DNA of 64,000 bases from Patescibacteria group bacterium. Lineage in GTDB: Bacteria > Patescibacteriota > Minisyncoccia > Phycocordibacterales > Phycocordibacteraceae. A program made the translations under genes and the position numbers. The DNA lies in contig JBBTSZ010000002.1 in NCBI GenBank assembly GCA_038064495.1, positions 280,934 to 344,933 on the forward strand, written 5' to 3'. This document shows positions 31,104 through 40,254 of the stretch, piece after piece (position 1 is the first letter of the stretch; every line of letters begins with the position of its first letter). The notes under the pieces are model-generated. The model saw only the letters and a program-made list of their open reading frames with translations. It ran no database searches and was not told the origin of the DNA.

Positions 31104-31195
31104 TACTGTGGTATAGTAGCTTTAGAACAAAAAGGGGAGTGAAGTATGCCCTACGACTAGCAGATGAACACATTTTTGCGACCATACTCAAACTA

Positions 31196-31225
31196 GGCCG
31201 GGACACCATGTCCCGGCCGCTTTTT
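31196..31225 (+). terminator. Intrinsic terminator
   Basis: ggccgggaca-cca-tgtcccggcc-gcttttt. Confidence 0.75.
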
Positions 31226-31234
31226 ATAGGGGTA

Positions 31235-31262
31235 TTGACAAATTACGCGACTAGTGTATAGT
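31235..31262 (+). promoter_or_regulatory. Sigma70 promoter TTGACA-16-TATAGT
   Basis: Consensus hexamers. Confidence 0.7.
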
Positions 31263-31268
31263 GTATAC

Positions 31269-31570
31269 AGATCGTCGCGCGCATGCGCTTATCGGGGAGA
31301 ACCGCCACATGCCGTATAAGTAGCTAGCGTAAAGGACATACGGGCCTCATCATCGTAATGGGTTGAAATGAAACCCTATTCGCCCGAGCATCGGCCTACA
31401 AAGGGGTCATATCTTAGAACCTCGTGAACTTATTTGACACTCTGGTGCTGCCGGAACCGTCAAAAAGAATCGCGATACCTGAGCTCCATGTACATCCACG
31501 CGCAAGCGCGCACTATGGCCAAAGACCACTACGGTGGCAAAAGGGGAACCCAAAAGGTTCCCCTTTCTCT
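31269..31570 (+). ncRNA. Candidate structured non-coding RNA, family unassigned
   Basis: Lies between a promoter and a terminator; end-pairing and several internal stems; no credible long ORF. Confidence 0.4.
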
Positions 31571-31600
31571 TTTATATACGACGCCTGCTATACTTTTTTT

Positions 31601-32581
31601 ATGCGAGGCACAGTTGTTGGCGTACTGCGGGGTGGTCCTTCAAGCGAACATGACGTGTCGCTGAAAACGGGTCACGCCATCCTCACGAATCTTCCAGAAG
31701 ACAGGTTCACCATTCGGGATTTGTATATTGATCGGAAGGGCGTGTGGCACGAGCGTGGTACGCCAACCGCGCCTGAACGCGTACTCCCAACCCTTGATGC
31801 TGCACTCATAGGTTTGCATGGTGAATACGGAGAAGATGGAACCGTTCAACGGCTTTTAGAGCGCTATGGTGTTCCCTACGCCGGTTCGGATTCCCTTGCC
31901 TCATCCGTTGCGATGCATAAAGTGCTCACGAAGGAGCGAGCAAAAGAGGCAGGACTGCTCACTCCTAACTACCTCTACGTAGAAACAGAAGCAGATCTTG
32001 AACAGGCGGCTCACGCCATTGTTCGCACGTTTGCACAGCCAGTTGTCATAAAGCCAGTCGCTCTTGGTTCGTCAGTTGGTATTTCTATTGTGGGTGGGTA
32101 TGCGCCGGTGTATCGCGCAATTCAAACGCTCCTGCAAAAGGGAAGCGGAGTGTTAGTAGAAGAGCGCATCACGGGTACGGAAGCCACCGTGGGTGTCGTT
32201 GAACACATGCGCGGAGAAAGACTCTATCGCCTTCCTCCCGTAGAAATCATTCCGCCGTCCACTTCAGATTTTTTTGACGAAGCAGCGAAGTACAGTGGCG
32301 AGACAACGGAGCTGGTTCCGGGACGATTCTCAAAAGCAGTGAGTGACGAGTTGATGAAGAGTGCGGCACTCATGCACGAGGCACTTGGACTCAGGCATTA
32401 CTCACGAAGTGATTTCATCGTCTCGCCGAAAGGTACCTATTTCCTTGAGACGAATACCCTTCCAGGCATGACCACAGAGTCCCTTCTACCGAAATCGCTC
32501 GCTGCGGTTGGGATTCGATTCCCTGATTTCCTAAGTCACCTTGTTGAGCTCTCGCTCGGTCGCATTCCACCCCATGTCTGA
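31601..32581 (+). CDS. ddl: D-alanine--D-alanine ligase family ATP-grasp enzyme
   Basis: GGPSSEHDVSL, LHGEYGEDG, GSSVGI, AKY, SRSDF, LETNTLPGMT. Confidence 0.9.
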   Translation: MRGTVVGVLRGGPSSEHDVSLKTGHAILTNLPEDRFTIRDLYIDRKGVWHERGTPTAPERVLPTLDAALIGLHGEYGEDGTVQRLLERYGVPYAGSDSLASSVAMHKVLTKERAKEAGLLTPNYLYVETEADLEQAAHAIVRTFAQPVVIKPVALGSSVGISIVGGYAPVYRAIQTLLQKGSGVLVEERITGTEATVGVVEHMRGERLYRLPPVEIIPPSTSDFFDEAAKYSGETTELVPGRFSKAVSDELMKSAALMHEALGLRHYSRSDFIVSPKGTYFLETNTLPGMTTESLLPKSLAAVGIRFPDFLSHLVELSLGRIPPHV

Positions 32582-32912
32582 AAATCTTGCACAGAAGAAA
32601 TGTGTCCCGTGCGAAGATGAGGATTTTCCTGCACTTACACCTCCCCAGGCAAAGGATTTCATGGAGCATGTTCCTCTCTGGAGCTTGAATGAGGACAGCA
32701 CAGAACTGTTTCGGGTTTTCCGGTTTAAGGATTTCAAAGAGGCACTTGCGTACACCAACGAGATTGGGGAAGTTGCAGAGGAAGAGGGTCACCATCCTGA
32801 CATTAGTCTTGGCTGGGGGAAGGTTGAGGTGCGCCTTACAACGCATAGTATTCACGGACTTAGTGAGAATGATTTTATTGTCGCAGCTAAGATTGACCTA
32901 CTGGAAAACTAG
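32574..32912 (+). CDS. Pterin-4a-carbinolamine dehydratase
   Basis: AEEEGHHPDI, THSIHGLSENDFIVAAKID. Confidence 0.92.
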   Translation: MSENLAQKKCVPCEDEDFPALTPPQAKDFMEHVPLWSLNEDSTELFRVFRFKDFKEALAYTNEIGEVAEEEGHHPDISLGWGKVEVRLTTHSIHGLSENDFIVAAKIDLLEN

Positions 32913-32947
32913 ATAGCCATTATGGTATAGTGCCCTAGTCCAGAAAT

Positions 32948-33020
32948 GGGCCGTTAGCTCAGTTGGTAGAGCACCTCATTTGCAATGAGGGGGTCGCAGG
33001 TTCAAATCCTGTACGGTCCA
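32948..33020 (+). tRNA. tRNA-Ala(TGC), CCA not encoded
   Basis: Cloverleaf, G3:U70, anticodon loop tttgcaa, T-loop ttcaaat. Confidence 0.96.
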
Positions 33021-33063
33021 CACGTGTCAAGGCGTCATTTTGTGCGCCTGACGCCCAATCCCC

Positions 33064-33714
33064 ATGAACGATTCAGAATTGAAAGCTCTGGAAAATACCT
33101 ACAAAGAAGTCTCATCTCTTAGAGATGAGTTCTTCCTCCATCGCGCCCAAACCGCAACAGCGTTATTACAGAGTCAGTTACAATTCCTTCAGGGGTTGGC
33201 CACAATAATTCTGGCTTTTATTGCCATTCTTGTAGCAACCAAATCATTTGAAATTAATCTTTGGTACTTTCTTTCTGGTGGAATTGCCTTTGTGCTTGTT
33301 TTATATACGTTTACTTTTATTAGAGAGTCAATAGATTCAGTAGATGAGGACATGAGACAAATTGATAATAAGCTTGAGATTGCAGAGAAGGAGGTGATTT
33401 CTAAGATTAAGGAAGCAATACGAGTGAACAACTACAACGTGATGTCGAACTACGCGAAGGACAGAATTGAGGCCTTGCAAGTAGAAATGGACCTATCCTA
33501 CGCTGGAGAAATATCCATGTTCCTATTTTTTTCTAGTTTATTATTTTGCATCATAGCTATTCTTAAGTCATACCAAATCTTCAGTCTGATTGATCAGAAC
33601 CAGGTATGCATTGTCATAGGTGTGCTAAGCACTGCAATATTATTCTCCGCTAACTGGAACTTGAAGCTTACACGCTCTATCTCGAGGCTTCTACAAATCA
33701 AGCTCTGGGCTTAG
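33064..33714 (+). CDS. AT-rich four-TM hypothetical protein
   Basis: Two pairs of TM helices around a coiled coil; visibly more AT-rich than core genes. Confidence 0.7.
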   Translation: MNDSELKALENTYKEVSSLRDEFFLHRAQTATALLQSQLQFLQGLATIILAFIAILVATKSFEINLWYFLSGGIAFVLVLYTFTFIRESIDSVDEDMRQIDNKLEIAEKEVISKIKEAIRVNNYNVMSNYAKDRIEALQVEMDLSYAGEISMFLFFSSLLFCIIAILKSYQIFSLIDQNQVCIVIGVLSTAILFSANWNLKLTRSISRLLQIKLWA

Positions 33715-33923
33715 GCGACTTCTCCAGATTCCTTCTGCCACTCCTTCTTCAGTCTCTCTGCCGTTCGTATCCGGTTAGCTTTCTCAATATTTTGCCATCC
33801 AGAATTTCTCTTGCGCCGCGGAATGTAGAGGAGTTCAGATAGCTCGATTTCTTTCTCTTTATCGCCTATGCGCTTGATGAGCTCGCGCTTAGATTCCTTA
33901 GAAGTTCGAACTGCGGCATGATG
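33711..33923 (-). pseudogene. Probable 3' gene fragment truncated at the tRNA-derived element
   Basis: Protein-like ~70 aa tail (SKRELIKRIGDKEKEIELSELLYIPRRK...) with no start before the element boundary. Confidence 0.45.
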
Positions 33924-34118
33924 CGGTCCACAAAAACAATGAGGCCACTCCGCAAGGAGTGGCCGATTCTGTTTTTGTAGGTCCGTACAGGATTTAAACG
34001 TCGGAGCGGGGACCCAATCAGCAGAGTGGGTCGCGAGACGGTGCCCAGAGCTGCCGCGAGTGGCGACGAGCGTCAGACTCGCGGGCAAAAGCGTACTCGC
34101 GTTCCGGTACGGTCCACA
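33924..34118. repeat. Fold-back element made of direct and inverted tRNA-Ala 3'-end fragments
   Basis: cggtccaca 33924-33932; inverted 16/17 match 33983-33999; direct 15/16 match 34103-34118. Confidence 0.8.
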
Positions 34119-34226
34119 TTAGTTCACAAAGGCAAAGATTCCGTCATTCTGTATTGGCACGCTTAGATTTTGGGAGGTTCTAATCTTCTCGTGGACATTC
34201 CATTCCTAGTGCGGGATTATGAAGGA

Positions 34227-36506
34227 ATGAAAGGGATTATCGCGTGGCTCAAGAGACTTTTGCCTTCGAAGAAAGAGGAGGCTCAACCAGTGAGTGAGTC
34301 GGCTGGCTCCATTATGCCAGAAGCTGAGGAAAAATCGACCTATTCCGCAGATAAGCCAATAGAAACGATCGATCAAGACCGTTTCAACCGATGGGCTTTT
34401 GCAAGGCGAATTGCGGATACCCTCTCCACACGCACTGATCCAAGTAGTGTCGTTGTTGGCGTGTACGGACCTTGGGGAGATGGAAAGACCTCAGTCCTCA
34501 GACTGATGGAGATTGCACTCGCAAATCACCCCAAGATCATTCCTGTTCGCTTTAATCCGTGGTACTTCGGTTCACAGGAGCAGTTACTGCAGGGTTTCTT
34601 TAAGACGGTTGCAGAAGCGGCAGGAAAATCCCTCGTTCATAACGGAGAAAAGTTCGGCAAGTTTCTAGAACAATATGGCTCCTTGCTGTCGCTAGCGTCT
34701 CTCAGTCTCAGCGGTGGGATAGTGTCGGTCGGTTCTGGAGGAGAAGCGGCAGTTGGTCTAGGTAATGCACTTTCTACAGTCGATTTGGATAAACGACGCG
34801 AAAGACTCGAGAAAATCCTCGAAGAAACCGACAAGCGTATCATCGTGATGATTGATGACATCGACCGACTTGATCAGGATGAGATTCATGCAATCTTTAA
34901 GCTCGTAAAACTATCAGCTGGTTTCAACCGAACCAGCTACGTACTTGCTCTAGACGACGAAATGGTTTCCGGAGCTTTGAGTAAGAAATACGGAAGCGGG
35001 AATGCACAAGCCGGTCGAAATTTCTTGGAGAAGATAGTACAAGTCCCTCTACACGTACCGGCGGCTGATGAGATTGAACTCAGGCGAGTTACTCTCGAGG
35101 GCGTCGATGCCGCATTGAAGCTCAGCGAGATAGAGCTGTCTCAGGAACAAGCAGACACATTCACGAGACACTTTGTTGATGGTATTGAAGAGAGAATTCT
35201 CACTCCTCGACAAGCAAAGTTGTACGCAAACGCCATAACATTTGCTTTGCCGATCCTCAAAGGCGAAGTGAATCCAGTCGACCATATGCTCATCGAAGGT
35301 ATTCGGGTGTTTTACCCGAAGCTCTATGTCGTCATACGTGAGAACCCCAGTTTCTTCCTAGAAGCTCCGAGAGACGAACAAAGAGGTGACGTACAACGTC
35401 AGCGAATACATACCTTGATCGACACGGCTCTAAAAGAGGCTGGTATCGAGGATCCTGTGCATGTAAAGGATCGCTTGATCAAACCGATGTTTCCTCGTGC
35501 GATAGGTAACGTTTCGTACGGGTCTGAGTGGGATAAAACATGGGCAAAAGAACAGAAAATCTGCTCGTCCGAATACTTCAAGCGCTATTTCCAATACAGC
35601 GTTCCTGCAGGAGATGTACCCGATCTCGCCACAGAAACCTTCCTCAAAGACATAGGCACGAAAACAGACAGTGAGATAGACGAAACAATCATGAGTTTTA
35701 GCGGGAAAAATGGACTCGCTTCGCTCGTGAAGAAGCTACGCAATAAGGAGACAACGATTGATCCCGATATCGCGCCGAAACTAGCACTAGGTTTTGCTCG
35801 GGCCGGAGCATTTGTGCCGCGAGAGAAAGCAATGTTCTCAGACTGGAGCTTCTCCCAAGCAGCAATATTAGTTTCAGCACTTGTTAAAAGGGTGCCGGCC
35901 GGGAAACGACGAGATGACCTTGCAAGAGAACTTATGCGGAGCGCTACACCTCTCGCCTTCGCCTTTGAGTGCTTACGTTGGCTGGGAAAAGATCCGGAAG
36001 ATAAAGACGATGATCGCGTCCTTTTGGAAGCTATGGAAAAGGAAATAGGAGCGATACTTGCAGAGAGAATTAAAGAAGACGCCGCAAAAGGTCCCTTGTA
36101 CAAAACCTATGGGAGCGATACTCCACGTCTATTCTGGGCATGGCATCACTATGGAAACCAAGCGCAAGTAAAAAAGTACTTGGAGGATAGTTTCGACGCT
36201 CAACCGAACGATGTATATGACTTTCTAGATACGTATGTTGGCGTGAGTTGGGGTATCGAGAACGGTCTGCCAAGCAGATCGGAGTTTCAGAGAGAAAGCT
36301 ACAACAGCATAGAAAAGATGATCTCTCCTGATTTTATTATGGCGAAGCTCCGCATTCAGTTCGGTAGCGAGCTGGATAATCCAGAATATTACCAAACGAA
36401 AGATACTCCAATTCAAAAACAGCTTGCTCACCAGTTCGCTATCTGCCACAGCAAAGCTGTGAGTGAGCGTAAACCTCCCGATCCTCCCAAGAGTCCACTA
36501 GCTTAA
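34227..36506 (+). CDS. KAP family P-loop NTPase
   Basis: ADKPI..DRFNR, GPWGDGKT, FNPWYF, IDDIDRL, FLEKIVQVP, TPRQAK. Confidence 0.92.
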   Translation: MKGIIAWLKRLLPSKKEEAQPVSESAGSIMPEAEEKSTYSADKPIETIDQDRFNRWAFARRIADTLSTRTDPSSVVVGVYGPWGDGKTSVLRLMEIALANHPKIIPVRFNPWYFGSQEQLLQGFFKTVAEAAGKSLVHNGEKFGKFLEQYGSLLSLASLSLSGGIVSVGSGGEAAVGLGNALSTVDLDKRRERLEKILEETDKRIIVMIDDIDRLDQDEIHAIFKLVKLSAGFNRTSYVLALDDEMVSGALSKKYGSGNAQAGRNFLEKIVQVPLHVPAADEIELRRVTLEGVDAALKLSEIELSQEQADTFTRHFVDGIEERILTPRQAKLYANAITFALPILKGEVNPVDHMLIEGIRVFYPKLYVVIRENPSFFLEAPRDEQRGDVQRQRIHTLIDTALKEAGIEDPVHVKDRLIKPMFPRAIGNVSYGSEWDKTWAKEQKICSSEYFKRYFQYSVPAGDVPDLATETFLKDIGTKTDSEIDETIMSFSGKNGLASLVKKLRNKETTIDPDIAPKLALGFARAGAFVPREKAMFSDWSFSQAAILVSALVKRVPAGKRRDDLARELMRSATPLAFAFECLRWLGKDPEDKDDDRVLLEAMEKEIGAILAERIKEDAAKGPLYKTYGSDTPRLFWAWHHYGNQAQVKKYLEDSFDAQPNDVYDFLDTYVGVSWGIENGLPSRSEFQRESYNSIEKMISPDFIMAKLRIQFGSELDNPEYYQTKDTPIQKQLAHQFAICHSKAVSERKPPDPPKSPLA

Positions 36507-36608
36507 GAAAATGTGTTGGTCTGGATTGAATCAAGGAAGTTCTAAGATCCCAGAAACCTCTCTTGAGATAGAACTTTTACATATGAGGTAGTTGAGTATA
36601 ATTATCAC

Positions 36609-37103
36609 ATGAATATGGAAGCAGCAGGAGGCAGGCGAAATCTCGAAAAGCGTGAGTCAGAAGAGGCAGAACCTTCTCTTCCGACCGACCCAATTGAGGC
36701 AGCGGCTTGGCTAGAAGAAATTTGGAAGGGAGGCGGGGGATGGGAGGGCCAGCATCCGTTGCGGTTAAAAGTGAAAGATCCCAAAGACTATCAAGAATTG
36801 TCAGAAGAAGAAAAGAAAGAATTTAATAAACTAGGGAAGCAATTTACATGGCTCGCTGAAATGCATCGTTCAGAGATGTCGTGGTCACAATCATATGCTC
36901 ATACTAATTACGGTGAGGTAGTCGGCTTTCGCTTTGGCTATGAGACACCGGAAAATCCTGAGGACGATATTCCGGAAGCGTACATCTATCGTCCTTTTGA
37001 TGAAAAGCAGCCTAAAGTTTTCGTAAGTAGGGCGAGTAATGGGTGGAAAGTAGAGCCTCTGGAAGCGGTGGCAGAAAGCTACGCAAAGAATTTTGACTAC
37101 TAG
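36609..37103 (+). CDS. Acidic hypothetical protein
   Basis: 164 aa; TATAAT 6 nt before ATG. Confidence 0.65.
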   Translation: MNMEAAGGRRNLEKRESEEAEPSLPTDPIEAAAWLEEIWKGGGGWEGQHPLRLKVKDPKDYQELSEEEKKEFNKLGKQFTWLAEMHRSEMSWSQSYAHTNYGEVVGFRFGYETPENPEDDIPEAYIYRPFDEKQPKVFVSRASNGWKVEPLEAVAESYAKNFDY

Positions 37104-37151
37104 ATCTCTGCTCGTTCATATTTAGAATGAAATCTGTGCCTGCAGTAGTTT

Positions 37152-37181
37152 AAAAAAAGCCCCGCCATTCCGGCGGGGCTT
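37152..37181 (-). terminator. Intrinsic terminator
   Basis: A-tract plus aagccccgcc-attcc-ggcggggctt. Confidence 0.7.
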
Positions 37182-37187
37182 GATAGT

Positions 37188-37361
37188 TCATTGCTGCCGA
37201 GACCGGGCGAGTTGTCTCTCGACGACCAACTGAACTTGAAGATTAACTGGCTCGATCCTTTCTCGCCGGCCTTTCTTGACCGTCCGATATCCAATTTGGT
37301 CGCCTCGGGCGATCATACTCGCGATTTCGTCATTACTGAGCTCCCGGGAAGGTGTGCCCAT
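37188..37361 (-). CDS. Small basic hypothetical protein (57 aa)
   Basis: Purine-rich SD before MGTPSRELS...; terminator directly after stop. Confidence 0.55.
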   Translation of the reverse strand: MGTPSRELSNDEIASMIARGDQIGYRTVKKGRRERIEPVNLQVQLVVERQLARSRQQ

Positions 37362-37489
37362 TCCTCGTCTCCAACCAACGACGGACAAAGTCATCCGTGT
37401 CGAATAGGGTAATACACCATCAAGTAATAGCAAATACAGCAGTTGGAAACAAAAAGCCGCCCGCGGACAGCTTTCCGTAGGCGGCGTAC

Positions 37490-37636
37490 TTAGCGAGGTG
37501 CAAACATCATAGCGATCAGAAGGATGGTGACCATTGCGCCCAGTCCGCATACAATCCAGAAGTTGAACTTCTGTTTAGCAGCGTAATAGTTGGCGATGGC
37601 TTGTTTTTGCTCTGGTGAGATATAACCTTCTTCCAT
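37490..37636 (-). CDS. Small single-TM protein (48 aa)
   Basis: AAGGAG SD; hairpin plus tract 37451-37485 after stop. Confidence 0.6.
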   Translation of the reverse strand: MEEGYISPEQKQAIANYYAAKQKFNFWIVCGLGAMVTILLIAMMFAPR

Positions 37637-37850
37637 TACGGTTCTCCTTTCTAGACAAAACTTATCATATGTTGCAAAAGGTTCCAATATAATCACGGTA
37701 GAGGGATGTAGTGACTTGGTTTGGTACATATACCTCAGGTTGCTTTTCCATTTCCCTACCTCTTTCTAAGTAATACGTTAGCATTTACAGAATCACCACT
37801 TCGTGGTTTAGTATTCCTTAGAATACTCTGCACAATTGAAAGGGCATAAA

Positions 37851-38273
37851 ATGACACAATCTATAAATTTTGTAGATGATGGCCACCTGTTGTATTGGGG
37901 ACAGCTCGCTGTATGCAAAGCGCTTGGATTAAGCGATGAAGCCGTTCGATTAGGGACTCGAGAGATAAATAACTTCTTGCCGCATGGCATCCTTATTTCT
38001 GGGTCTGATTTTTCCGTCCAAGTTCTATCGAAACAAGTTCGTGGCAATACGTCTAACATATTCGGTAATTACTGCGAAGCTACTATCATTTTTGTTCGCT
38101 CACATCCAGGTAACCTTAGTCAGCAAAAAGAGTACAAAGTGAAACCCTTCACACTACCAGGCTACAGCGACTGGCTCGCAGGCAAGAAAAAGCTTCTTGA
38201 ACGGTTGAAGTCTGAAGAGGAGGCTCGTTTTGAAGCCTTCAAAAGAAGGCGACTCGAAAGAGCTAACGCATAG
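37851..38273 (+). CDS. Hypothetical protein
   Basis: 140 aa ORF followed by hairpin and T-tract. Confidence 0.55.
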   Translation: MTQSINFVDDGHLLYWGQLAVCKALGLSDEAVRLGTREINNFLPHGILISGSDFSVQVLSKQVRGNTSNIFGNYCEATIIFVRSHPGNLSQQKEYKVKPFTLPGYSDWLAGKKKLLERLKSEEEARFEAFKRRRLERANA

Positions 38274-38544
38274 AAGTCATTGTGAGAGCGCACGACCTTT
38301 GGGTACGGCGCTCTTTTACTTTTCATAGTTATCAAGGACTAAATGAGTTTCGACACTGGCTCGTTGTAATAGATAGGCCGTATATACGGCATGTGGTAGT
38401 GACGGCACTACTTTCTTTTTAGATTTGCAAGGTCGAGGTGCCGACTCAAAAGAAGAGTTACTAGGTATATCTAAGAAGTGTGCAAGACTACAACTATATG
38501 AAACTCACCCCATCTAATGCTAATTCCCGTATTAGCGTCCTCAC

Positions 38545-39786
38545 GTGAAGCCTCGTGCGGACGATACCAGCCAGCCCTATTCTGACCGCGAACTCCAAGG
38601 TCTCAAAGAGCTCAAAACAGCTCGGGCGAGTATTCTAAAGAATCTCCAAGATACCGAGGAAGAATCACAGAATAATCTCCAGAAAACGGCCATTGATGAA
38701 GCTGTACTTGAGAGTATTGGTGACGGGCTGGTCGTTATGGACAAACTCGGCATTATTACCTATGTGAACCCAGCGCTTGAGCGCATGGTCGGCTGGACCC
38801 TCGACGAAATCGTGGGGAATTCCATCGTGGACACACTTATCCTGGAAAAAGAAAAAGGCGAGAAAGTCTCCTACAACGAAGAAATTTTATCTAAGGTACT
38901 TGCCGGCGGTATTGTCGTCGCTGATTTAACCAATCCGTTTTATCACGTGCGCAAAGATAAGAGCACCTTTCCGATAAGTACAACGGTGAGCCCCATCCTC
39001 CTTGCAGGAGAGATTATTGGTGCGGTTATGACGTTCCGCGACATTACGAAGGAGAAAGAAATTGATAAGGCAAAAACGGAGTTTGTCTCGCTTGCTTCGC
39101 ATCAACTGCGTACTCCGCTTTCCACGATTAATTGGTACACCGAAATGCTCCTTGCCGGTGATGTTGGAAAACTGAGTGACAAACAGGATACCTATCTGAG
39201 GGAAATCTACCGGGGAAGTCAGCGAATGGTTTCTCTCGTGAATGCTCTTTTGAGTGTCTCGCGCATGGACCTCGGCACCTTTGTGCTTGAGCCAGAGCCA
39301 ACAGACTTTGTGCGGCTCATACAAACTATTATCCGCGAGCAGCAATTTCATATTGAGCGCAAAAAAATCATCGTCACCACGTCATTCCAAGACTCTCTGC
39401 CTCTCATCCATGCTGATGGAAAACTGCTCAGTATGGTTGTTCAAAACATATTATCCAACGCGGTGAAATATACTCCCGATAACGGCACTATAGATCTCAC
39501 GCTCACGCTCATCCCAAGTGCAAACACGCTTCGCCTAAAGATTAAAGACACCGGCTATGGCATTCCACTCGCCCAGCAGGAGCAGATTTTCACCAAGCTT
39601 TTTCGTGCTGACAACGTGCGCGAAAAAGAAACCGAAGGTACGGGCCTTGGTCTCTACATTGCAAAGACCATTATTGATAACTCTGAAGGGAGACTGTGGT
39701 TTGAATCCGAAGAAAACAAGGGTACGACCTTCTACTTGGAACTGCCGGCATTTTCTGACCAAGTTACTACCAAACACAAGGTATGA
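38545..39786 (+). CDS. Cytoplasmic PAS-domain histidine kinase
   Basis: PAS (ESIGDGLVV..YVNPA), SHQLRTP, NAVKYT, GTGLGL; start uncertain. Confidence 0.9.
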   Translation: MKPRADDTSQPYSDRELQGLKELKTARASILKNLQDTEEESQNNLQKTAIDEAVLESIGDGLVVMDKLGIITYVNPALERMVGWTLDEIVGNSIVDTLILEKEKGEKVSYNEEILSKVLAGGIVVADLTNPFYHVRKDKSTFPISTTVSPILLAGEIIGAVMTFRDITKEKEIDKAKTEFVSLASHQLRTPLSTINWYTEMLLAGDVGKLSDKQDTYLREIYRGSQRMVSLVNALLSVSRMDLGTFVLEPEPTDFVRLIQTIIREQQFHIERKKIIVTTSFQDSLPLIHADGKLLSMVVQNILSNAVKYTPDNGTIDLTLTLIPSANTLRLKIKDTGYGIPLAQQEQIFTKLFRADNVREKETEGTGLGLYIAKTIIDNSEGRLWFESEENKGTTFYLELPAFSDQVTTKHKV

Positions 39787-40253
39787 AAAAGAATCTGAAA
39801 GAAACGAAAACTGTGCTGGTGGTAGAGGACGACCAACCACTCCTTGCGGTCATTAAAATGAAACTTGAGAAAGAGGGTATGCACGTGATTACCTCGCGGA
39901 GCGTTGACCGTGTCTTTAGTATTGAGATTGAGAAGAATGCCGCGAACAAAATTACGATGAGTAGTGTTGAACTTTCACTCAAGCATCTGAATGATTTGGA
40001 TCGTATTGACGCAGTATGGCTTGACCACAACCTGCTCGGAAGTGAAAACGGTCTAGACTTCGTGATTAAGTTTAAAGACAACGGTGGTCATTGGGAAAAG
40101 ATTCCTATTTTTGTTGTTTCAAATACCGCTGACCCAGAACTGGTACAGAAATATGCGGCAGCACAGGTTCCGAACTATTACGTAAAAGCCGAGCACACAC
40201 TTGAAAGTATCGTCAACGATATCAAGAACGTACTTCTTGGAGAAAAGAAATAA
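39783..40253 (+). CDS. Stand-alone response regulator receiver
   Basis: VVEDD, VWLDH, VVSNT, YYVK; ~25 aa insertion. Confidence 0.85.
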   Translation: MKKNLKETKTVLVVEDDQPLLAVIKMKLEKEGMHVITSRSVDRVFSIEIEKNAANKITMSSVELSLKHLNDLDRIDAVWLDHNLLGSENGLDFVIKFKDNGGHWEKIPIFVVSNTADPELVQKYAAAQVPNYYVKAEHTLESIVNDIKNVLLGEKK

Positions 40254-40254
40254 T

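Noticed and set aside
31269-31570. RNase P RNA or tmRNA
   Set aside because: No GAGGAAAGUCC/ACAGAA..GCUUA motifs and no tRNA-like ends
31424-31600. N-terminal extension of Ddl from the ORF track
   Set aside because: It crosses a terminator; homology and the -10 box support ATG 31601
38381-38397. 14-bp match ccacatgccgtata (minus strand) to 31305-31318
   Set aside because: Matches of this length are expected by chance in 64 kb
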